64,000 nt of DNA from a virus. Taxonomy: Duplodnaviria > Caudoviricetes. The DNA lies in the IMG/VR virus record IMGVR_UViG_3300014205_000172, positions 32,001-96,000 of that record; one strand, given 5' to 3'. The translations under genes were made by a program, and so were the position numbers. Below the pieces are notes generated by a model. It saw only the letters and a list, made by a program, of their open reading frames with translations, had not been told where the DNA came from and did not search any database. Of the stretch, positions 57,335 through 64,000 are shown piece by piece (position 1 is the stretch's first letter; every line of letters starts with the position of its first letter).

Positions 57335-59464
57335 ATGTCAACCAGTCAGAATCCGTTCATTCGTGATCACGCCGATTACAAACGTGACATCGACATCAAG
57401 CCAGCCGTAATCGACCAAATTTCAAAGTACATCAGCCTGCGTCTAAAAATCAGCCACAAGCAAGCAACCGAATGGATGTTGGAGAAACTTAAAGACCCGC
57501 AATGGAGAATTAAGGACCCAACTCTGGAACGTTTGCTGCGTAAAGGCCCAGGCTGGCGTATCGAGGATGAGACTACGTTCTTGTCCTACATTGAAGAGAT
57601 CATCGACAATAACTGGATCTTGTCGCCCGCACTGGTCGCGTACAAGCAAGCAGAAGATGAACTCTCTCCAATTGCTGAATGGCAAGAAGATAACATCGCT
57701 GCGCGTAAGAAGTCTAAGACTAACATGTTTGTGCTTAAACAAGCAGGTCAGTTGCTTAAGTCCGCTCTTGCCGACTATGACCAAAACGCCCGGAAGATTC
57801 GAATCAACGCCGTTTCTGGACAGCATGGTTCAGAAGGCAACCCTCTTTATCAAGCTACTGGTCACTACAGCCTCACCGCACTCTGCCGAGCTGCAGCAGG
57901 GTATGGTAACGGTACCGTAGAGAGGTTCCTGACGGGGAGTAAACACTACCACACGCCAGAGATAGCAAAAGCGAATCTGGTAGCGATCTTGACGATGGAA
58001 GACAAAGATCGCTTTAAAGAAGCTATGGACATGTACGAGTTAGTCTATCCGTCTGTGGATGACGTGCTGGCAATGGTTGAGCGTTCGACTAGCCTGTACT
58101 GGGAGTCCCCAGAAGAGTCCGCCATCATTCGTGACTGCATTACCGGCATGACCGATCTGGAACGTGCAATCGTTACCTATTCGGGTGACATGTTCCACTT
58201 GGCTAAGTACAACCCTGACATCATTCGTGAGTTCATGGGTGAGATGATCATTGATGATATCTCCACAATGCCTGAAGTAAATACCGACGCTGAGCTCAAA
58301 ACAATGAACTCAACAGACGTGGCGTACATCAATGCCTTGTGCGCTGACATCATGATCGGCTCTGACCACAAACGGGTTAAGGTCGATGATCCTGCTGGTT
58401 GGCAAGTGATTGGTAAAACAGCACGACGCTTTAAGGACGTGATGAGCCGGTTCCGCCCACTCATCTCCACCTTCTTTGTGCCACGTCACTTACCACCCAC
58501 TGTAGCGTCTCTGAAGGGCATTCAGCGCCGTGCATGTCTGGCGGCCGATACCGACTCCTCTATCTTTACCTGTGAGTCTTGGGTGAAGTGGTATTCGGGT
58601 GATCTGGTGCGTGGGCGTACTCAGGACCGTATCTGGTATCTGACCACCTACATGGCGTGTCAGTGTATCGCTCACTCGCTGGCTATGTTGTCAGCTAACG
58701 TGGGTGTGGAAGCGAAGAACCTCTTCCGCCTTGCGATGAAGAACGAATACGCATTCCCTGTATTCGCTCTGACTAACTTGGCTAAGCATTACTTCTCACT
58801 GATCTCGATGCGTGAGGGTAACGTTTACGAGAAGATGGCGCTTGAGATCAAAGGGGTAGAACTGCGTGGATCGACCATGCCTAAAGAAACCCTGGATGCA
58901 ATGAGCGACTTAATGGAAGAAATCCTCAATGCCGTTAACGAAGGTCGTAAGCTTAACGCTAAGGCTATGCTGACCGCTATTGCCGAACGTGAGATTGAAA
59001 CCATTCGGTCTATCAAGCGCGGTGAGTATAAGTACCTCAAGTCAGCCCAGATCAAACCCAATAGTGACAAGATCGTTCACTTTCAACTGTGGCAAGAAGT
59101 ATTTGCCCCTAAATACGGTGACTCCGTACAGCCACCATTCCCAGTGGTGAAGGTAACAACTGAGCTGACTAACAAGACCTTGACTAAGGAATGGTTGGAC
59201 AGCATTGAAGACCGAGAACTGGCTAATCGGATGATTGCATGGTTTAGCCGAACAGGTCGTGACAAACTACCCACCATGTACTTACCCACTCAGATTGTGC
59301 GTAACAGTGGACTACCTGTGGAGATTCAGGAAGCTGCTAACGTACGCAAGTTGGCCTACCAGATCAATAGTGGTTTCTACCGCCTCTTGGAGTCTACTGG
59401 CCTTGCTATCGTTGACCGTAACCATCATCGCCTTGTTCACGACTTCTTGAGGATGACTGCATGA
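57335..59464 (+). CDS. family B DNA polymerase, polymerase subunit of the split enzyme (phiKZ gp50-like)
   Basis: Motif B QNARKIRINAVSG, motif C AADTDSSIF, MKNEY, AKHYF and EIKGVELR; no N-terminal exonuclease domain seen. Confidence 0.9.
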   Translation: MSTSQNPFIRDHADYKRDIDIKPAVIDQISKYISLRLKISHKQATEWMLEKLKDPQWRIKDPTLERLLRKGPGWRIEDETTFLSYIEEIIDNNWILSPALVAYKQAEDELSPIAEWQEDNIAARKKSKTNMFVLKQAGQLLKSALADYDQNARKIRINAVSGQHGSEGNPLYQATGHYSLTALCRAAAGYGNGTVERFLTGSKHYHTPEIAKANLVAILTMEDKDRFKEAMDMYELVYPSVDDVLAMVERSTSLYWESPEESAIIRDCITGMTDLERAIVTYSGDMFHLAKYNPDIIREFMGEMIIDDISTMPEVNTDAELKTMNSTDVAYINALCADIMIGSDHKRVKVDDPAGWQVIGKTARRFKDVMSRFRPLISTFFVPRHLPPTVASLKGIQRRACLAADTDSSIFTCESWVKWYSGDLVRGRTQDRIWYLTTYMACQCIAHSLAMLSANVGVEAKNLFRLAMKNEYAFPVFALTNLAKHYFSLISMREGNVYEKMALEIKGVELRGSTMPKETLDAMSDLMEEILNAVNEGRKLNAKAMLTAIAEREIETIRSIKRGEYKYLKSAQIKPNSDKIVHFQLWQEVFAPKYGDSVQPPFPVVKVTTELTNKTLTKEWLDSIEDRELANRMIAWFSRTGRDKLPTMYLPTQIVRNSGLPVEIQEAANVRKLAYQINSGFYRLLESTGLAIVDRNHHRLVHDFLRMTA

Positions 59465-59892
59465 AAGATGATTATGTAAGTATTCAGATTCCAAAATCGT
59501 TACAGGGCGAAACAAAACCAGATGAGCCGATCTATAATCCACTGGCAAAGACCCAATACGTCGCCTACCCAGGTGATAAGTTCTTCCATCTGAAAACAAC
59601 CCACGGGGTCTCGTGGACAGTTGCTGTCTATCTGGTAATGGTAAAGTACCGCTTTGTAATCGATTGGATAAGCTTTGTTCAAGAAGCCCGAAAGAACAAG
59701 TGGTACGATTTCCAGACGGTTAAAGCAATTGAATCGTCTTTGCAGGAATCCGGCGTAGACAGGACCTTAGTGGATGGGATCATGTTGCGCATGAAACATT
59801 ACATGCAAAACAATAAGCAGATCTTCTGGGACGACATTCCTAACCTCCCTAAGTGTTTCCCCAGCGACTGGTCTTTGGAACAGGAGGCTTGA
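59461..59892 (+). CDS. hypothetical protein (143 aa)
   Basis: ATGA overlap with the polymerase; GAGGA SD. Confidence 0.7.
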   Translation: MKDDYVSIQIPKSLQGETKPDEPIYNPLAKTQYVAYPGDKFFHLKTTHGVSWTVAVYLVMVKYRFVIDWISFVQEARKNKWYDFQTVKAIESSLQESGVDRTLVDGIMLRMKHYMQNNKQIFWDDIPNLPKCFPSDWSLEQEA

Positions 59893-59896
59893 AGAC

Positions 59897-60526
59897 ATGA
59901 GTGAATTTAAAGCAACGATGTTGTTTGAAAACATGGTAGGTGAGCATCCAGAAGATGTTAAACCTGTGTTGGTACAGCTGTGTGTGGTTTCAGACACCGC
60001 ACACGGTGCTTTGCGTAAAGCCGCTGACTTTATTGAGACTCGGGGCCGCATCGGCCTGAAGCGAGTTGATGTTGTAGAAGTCCCCGCCAGTGACAAGAGT
60101 TCCGCAGATCACAAGCCAGTAATGGTAGTGACTGATCTTAGTCGTGATCTGCCAGCTCCGCGCCATGGACTGTTTCCGGCGCACTTGAGAGACACTGCTA
60201 CGTTTCCAGGTCTTGGTAGTTTCTATCGGGAACACATTTCAGATGATGCTCCAACAATGGACTGTTTGGATTTCAAGGATACGTTAAAAGCTATGGATAG
60301 CTTAAAGGACGCCTGGGTTACAAACGATAGTCTGATTGACTGGCTCATAAAAAACCCTTGGGTTTCTTTAAAGACCATTGTCAAAGGCTCGCCGCCATTA
60401 CCGGAAGGTTATCCAATTGTGTTTGCAGAAGGTCCTTTGCCAAAAGCCATGGGTCTTGGGCATTTCAGGATTACACGCAGTGAGGGTGGTGCGGGTTGGA
60501 CCGATCCTGACAAAGCTAAAAAATAA
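59897..60526 (+). CDS. hypothetical protein (209 aa)
   Basis: AGGAGG SD. Confidence 0.75.
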   Translation: MSEFKATMLFENMVGEHPEDVKPVLVQLCVVSDTAHGALRKAADFIETRGRIGLKRVDVVEVPASDKSSADHKPVMVVTDLSRDLPAPRHGLFPAHLRDTATFPGLGSFYREHISDDAPTMDCLDFKDTLKAMDSLKDAWVTNDSLIDWLIKNPWVSLKTIVKGSPPLPEGYPIVFAEGPLPKAMGLGHFRITRSEGGAGWTDPDKAKK

Positions 60527-60530
60527 GCGG

Positions 60531-60567
60531 CATACAGGCAGGGCGCAATGCCCTGCCTGTATTTATG
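60531..60567. repeat. CATA-stem-GCAAT-stem palindrome at a convergent junction
   Basis: C-ATACAGGCAGGGC-GCAAT-GCCCTGCCTGTAT-TTATG. Confidence 0.85.
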
Positions 60568-61663
60568 CTGGTATCTGGTCAGTAACCATCTCGGTTAAGC
60601 GACCTTCCAGAAAGATAGCCGCTGCTGTCGTCAAACCGTTAGAGAAGATCTTGTCCTCACGGTTGATGGTCAGACCACGTTTGATAACCATGATCTCGTG
60701 CAACATCCGATCATAGCCTGCGGCCTTACCCACGGCCAGTACGACAGACGCTGGGTCTACCTTCAATGAGATCAGTGCCCACAGAACCTGGTCAGATGGC
60801 GGCATTGGAGGGAGGCCCACAGCGTTCAAATAGTTCTCGCCATAAACTGCAGGAACGCTGGAAAGGATCTGATTACCCGTCATCGTTTTACCGGACAGCT
60901 TATTGGCTACCTCATCAATCACTTGGTCTGCAGGGATGTTTGCAGAGTTCTGAGCGAAGGGAAGGTTGCTCTTGACGACACAGGCTTCACGAATACCCAG
61001 ATAGACCATCAGCTTATTAAAGAGCGCAACGTTCAAATGGCTCTTCATCATCTGCGGCAACACAAACCCCGAAACGTAGGCTTCTACGTTCTTATCAGGG
61101 AACGTAGACTTGAACATCCTCCACTTAGCTGCCAACAGCGGGATATCAATAGCAATCACCGCAAGGTCAGGTCGAGGAATAGTAACAGAGTTCATCACGC
61201 CCAACTCAATGACCGTCATGTCAGAGATAGGGTGGTTAACAACCCACACCGGTTCTACTGATCGCCAGTCAGTCCACAAGTCCATCATCTTAAACCGTGG
61301 GTTACGGGCGCTGATAATGATCTCCGGGCAGTCGCTATAGAAGACACCTTCTGTAAAGAGTCGGCCTTTACTATAACTGGCAGTCATCTTTAAAGTAGGA
61401 ACAACTCGCAACTCAGCCGCTTCGCAGCGCTGCATGTACTTCGGCATGTCACCATCAAAGGGGATTGCCAAGGCACTAAGGATTTTGAATAACAGATGTG
61501 AGCTGTCTACACGGCCAGGAAGCATGGCGCGTTCAGTTACAAGCTTCTGATAGTTTTCATCTACCCGTTGGTTCAGGTAGGTCATCTTGGCAAACTGAAA
61601 GGCCGAAGCATCAAACGTATTCTTTGGATTAAGGATGTTGTACATGGGTAAGATCCCGGCCAT
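60563..61663 (-). CDS. conserved jumbo-phage protein divergent from chmA (366 aa; phiKZ gp52-like)
   Basis: RVDSSHLLFKIL, GVFY and HLNVALFNKL; lies between the DNA polymerase and chimallin. Confidence 0.65.
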   Translation of the reverse strand: MAGILPMYNILNPKNTFDASAFQFAKMTYLNQRVDENYQKLVTERAMLPGRVDSSHLLFKILSALAIPFDGDMPKYMQRCEAAELRVVPTLKMTASYSKGRLFTEGVFYSDCPEIIISARNPRFKMMDLWTDWRSVEPVWVVNHPISDMTVIELGVMNSVTIPRPDLAVIAIDIPLLAAKWRMFKSTFPDKNVEAYVSGFVLPQMMKSHLNVALFNKLMVYLGIREACVVKSNLPFAQNSANIPADQVIDEVANKLSGKTMTGNQILSSVPAVYGENYLNAVGLPPMPPSDQVLWALISLKVDPASVVLAVGKAAGYDRMLHEIMVIKRGLTINREDKIFSNGLTTAAAIFLEGRLTEMVTDQIPA

Positions 61664-61776
61664 TGTAAAAAGTTACTAGAGGTATCTACTATATGTAGAC
61701 AAACCAACCTGCTTTGTGCTGGTTGGGTCTTGAGCCCCTGCTGTCTAAGTTCATAATAGTCGTAGGGTCTTTGAAA

Positions 61777-61808
61777 TACGATTCAAAGAATTGAAGATGA
61801 TACATTAC
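61777..61808 (+). promoter_or_regulatory. putative phage early promoter upstream of chmA, copy 7
   Basis: TACGATTCAAAGAATTGAAGATGATACATTAC; shares CGATTCAAAGAA with copy 3. Confidence 0.7.
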
Positions 61809-62025
61809 TGAATTGATCACGTACGCCGCTTTGTATTTATTCACATGGCAACGGTATCAATTGAGCAACCAGTGACGCAAGTCTCTGGGTACCCGGATGA
61901 TGAGCTGGGGAACTAAAGCCCAAATGGATACGGCCGTATTCAAATTGCATTGGGAATTCCCGAAGCGATAGGGAACCGTCAAAGGCATACCGCCACAATC
62001 GCACAATGCAATCCTAGGAGTAAGC

Positions 62026-63981
62026 ATGAGCAACGATGACAACCTGTTTAACGATGCGAACGACCAACCTTCCAACAAGAACACCGGCAATCAAGGCTCG
62101 CAAGAACGTGAAGCGCCGCGTCAACAACAAGAACGTGCAGCACCTTCTGGCTGGACCCTGGCCGATCTGGGCAACGTCCAGAACCGTCCTTCCCTCGGTG
62201 GTCTGACCGACGGCGCTCTGGCGCTGATGATCGAGACCTTCGACGAAGCCAAAGGCCGTGCCAATGGCCGCGTTCCAGATGAAATCAGCAGCAGCCGCTT
62301 CAAAGCAATCCCACTGGTCGGCCAGCGCATCGGTAGCCAAATGTCCGCCCTGTTGGTCGCTCTGCCGACCAACATCGCCGGCAAGCAGTACGCCATCACT
62401 TACGTCGCGCTGATCGAACCGGCTGGCCCGATGGCTACCCGCAGTCTGGCTGACGCCCAAGGTACTTACGAAGCACTGTACCTGCCGGAAGACCGCCTGA
62501 CCGAGAAGTACATCAAAGCCATCCGCGAAGAAGTTCTCGCAGCACTGCCGGGTAGTACCGTCGTCGTCGCCGGTCGCCAAGTGATTACCCAAGCCACCGT
62601 TGCGTCGCTGAACGAGAAAGAAGGCGTGGGCATCATCGAGCGTATCTTCGACAACGCATTCGACGCTATCTGCGGCTACCGCCAGAACATGGCCGACGCA
62701 CTGACCGGTAAACGTTCGGGCGAAAAGCGTATCAACCCTGATGCCGTCGGTCGCCGTGACCGACTGGAAGCCAGCTTCGATTTCTCCGGCGCTCAACCGC
62801 TGGATACTTCGGGCCTGCCAATCCAGTCCGACGTGGCAATGACCATCTGGTACTCGGCCGCTGACGCTGACGAAGAAGGTAACTACAACCGTACCCCGCT
62901 GGCCGAAGTACGCATGGGCCTGAACCTGTTCCTGGATCAGTCCACCAAGCAAAACTCGCTGGGCTTCGGTCGTAGCCGTAACCGTACCATCGACGATCCA
63001 GCACCGTTCCAAGCGGTACTGACCATCAACAACATCACCTCGCCGCAAGGCGTACCGTTCTCCCTGGAACTGGCCCAACTGGCAATCGCCTCCACCGCCA
63101 TCCTGTCGAACGACTACCGCTGGGCTGAAATCCTGCGTCCGCGCGCTGCCATGCCTTCCGGCCTGAAGCCTGCGTACAACATCAAGGACCTGGTGCACTT
63201 CGCCGATGTCACCGATGAACAGCGTCAACACCTGATGCAGGTAGTGACCCCGAACATCCAGGACGGCGATCTGTCCAAGTACCTCGATCTGGTAGTGCAG
63301 CCGCAAATCGCGTTCGCCATCTCGGCCCCAAGCTCCTGCGAAAAGGCCTGGTCCATCGGCATCTTCGAGAAAATCGCTACTGCGAAGAACGAAGTTGAGC
63401 GCCGTGCCCTGATCTCCACTCTGTACGATAGCGCCGATATCCTGACCGGTTCCCGCTTCCGTAAAGTATTGCGTGAACTGGGCGGTGACGACACTACTTC
63501 CCCAGTAGTGCTGACCGGTAACCCGACTCTGGTCGGTACCTGGATCGACGCCGATGGCCGTGAGCGTGCTCTGAGCGAACTGAACGTACCTGCTGTGCTG
63601 TCGCGCCTCGGCGCGAAAGGCATGGATGCGATGGAGGACTTCCAGTTCACCATCCAGGACGATCGCCGCCCAGTAGCGTTCAACCTGGCTGAACGCTACA
63701 CCCAGCTGAACAAAATGTACGGCTCTATCCACGCGGTCACCACAGCCGAGCAAATCGGCTACGCGCCAATCTACCTTCAGGCGCTGAACGTCTCGCTGCA
63801 GCAAGCGAACATGACCTGCGTACCTACCTCCCTGGAAGGCACTCAGGCGCGCCGTCGTCCAGCATCGGGCGGTTACGCAGGTCTGGCTACCAATGACATC
63901 GGCGCAACTCGCCGTACTACCAGTGGTGCCTCCGGCCTCGGCAATCGTTCGTCCAACCCGCTGGGCGATAGCTACTTCTAG
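62026..63981 (+). CDS. chmA: chimallin, major phage nuclear shell protein (phiKZ gp54-like), 651 aa
   Basis: Size, disordered Q/N-rich N-terminus, G/S-rich C-terminal tail, GLPIQSDV and VLTINNI..SLELAQLAIA segments, AGGAG SD, strong codon bias, and position after phuZ, the polymerase and the gp52-like gene. Confidence 0.88.
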   Translation: MSNDDNLFNDANDQPSNKNTGNQGSQEREAPRQQQERAAPSGWTLADLGNVQNRPSLGGLTDGALALMIETFDEAKGRANGRVPDEISSSRFKAIPLVGQRIGSQMSALLVALPTNIAGKQYAITYVALIEPAGPMATRSLADAQGTYEALYLPEDRLTEKYIKAIREEVLAALPGSTVVVAGRQVITQATVASLNEKEGVGIIERIFDNAFDAICGYRQNMADALTGKRSGEKRINPDAVGRRDRLEASFDFSGAQPLDTSGLPIQSDVAMTIWYSAADADEEGNYNRTPLAEVRMGLNLFLDQSTKQNSLGFGRSRNRTIDDPAPFQAVLTINNITSPQGVPFSLELAQLAIASTAILSNDYRWAEILRPRAAMPSGLKPAYNIKDLVHFADVTDEQRQHLMQVVTPNIQDGDLSKYLDLVVQPQIAFAISAPSSCEKAWSIGIFEKIATAKNEVERRALISTLYDSADILTGSRFRKVLRELGGDDTTSPVVLTGNPTLVGTWIDADGRERALSELNVPAVLSRLGAKGMDAMEDFQFTIQDDRRPVAFNLAERYTQLNKMYGSIHAVTTAEQIGYAPIYLQALNVSLQQANMTCVPTSLEGTQARRRPASGGYAGLATNDIGATRRTTSGASGLGNRSSNPLGDSYF

Positions 63982-64000
63982 TAGCGCTGCAACATAAAGC

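Noticed and set aside
15180-59464. Introns, inteins or homing endonucleases in the RNAP, terminase or DNA polymerase genes
   Set aside because: The ORFs are continuous and of expected size; no intein splice-junction, LAGLIDADG or HNH signatures were noticed.
61890-61925. Hammerhead-like core (ATGATGAG) in the chmA leader
   Set aside because: Lacks the exact CUGANGA and a correctly placed GAAA; three consistent stems could not be built.
62014-63804. 596-aa minus-strand ORF opposite chmA
   Set aside because: Antisense shadow of a strongly codon-biased gene; no recognisable motif or start signal.
1-64000. tRNA or rRNA genes, integrase, transposase, alternative genetic code
   Set aside because: None recognised in the intergenic gaps; core genes translate full-length with the standard code.

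Overview
This is a 64-kb segment of a nucleus-forming, phiKZ-related jumbo phage (Chimalliviridae-type), about 50% GC by eye; the host cannot be determined from the window. Left to right it contains: the 3' part of a UvsX/RecA-like recombinase; four fragments of the split virion RNA polymerase (beta-C, beta'-N with ADFDGD, beta-N, probable beta'-C); a 2228-aa gp181-like tail protein with a lytic transglycosylase domain; the prohead protease followed by two paralogous head proteins with propeptides; a small early-gene island; tail tube, tail sheath, three virion proteins and the large terminase; a second island of hypothetical genes; a ~490-bp structured non-coding region; the tubulin PhuZ; a run of 11 small, mostly overlapping genes; the polymerase half of a split family-B DNA polymerase; and chimallin (ChmA). 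Least-explained signals: (1) the 11 genes between phuZ and the polymerase share one beta-helical-beta-beta architecture and look like a tandem array of deeply diverged paralogs; (2) the 49.2-49.6 kb element has symmetric G-runs around a hairpin, several c-GNA-g triloop hairpins and two direct repeats (origin-like); (3) a ~32-bp ungapped promoter-like motif occurs 7 times, one copy pointing antisense through a conserved gene toward phuZ; (4) a family of CATA-stem-GCAAT-stem-TATG palindromes; (5) two putative capsid-packaged paralogs with hydrophobic segments. Family assignments come from recognised motifs and remembered gene order; no searches were run.
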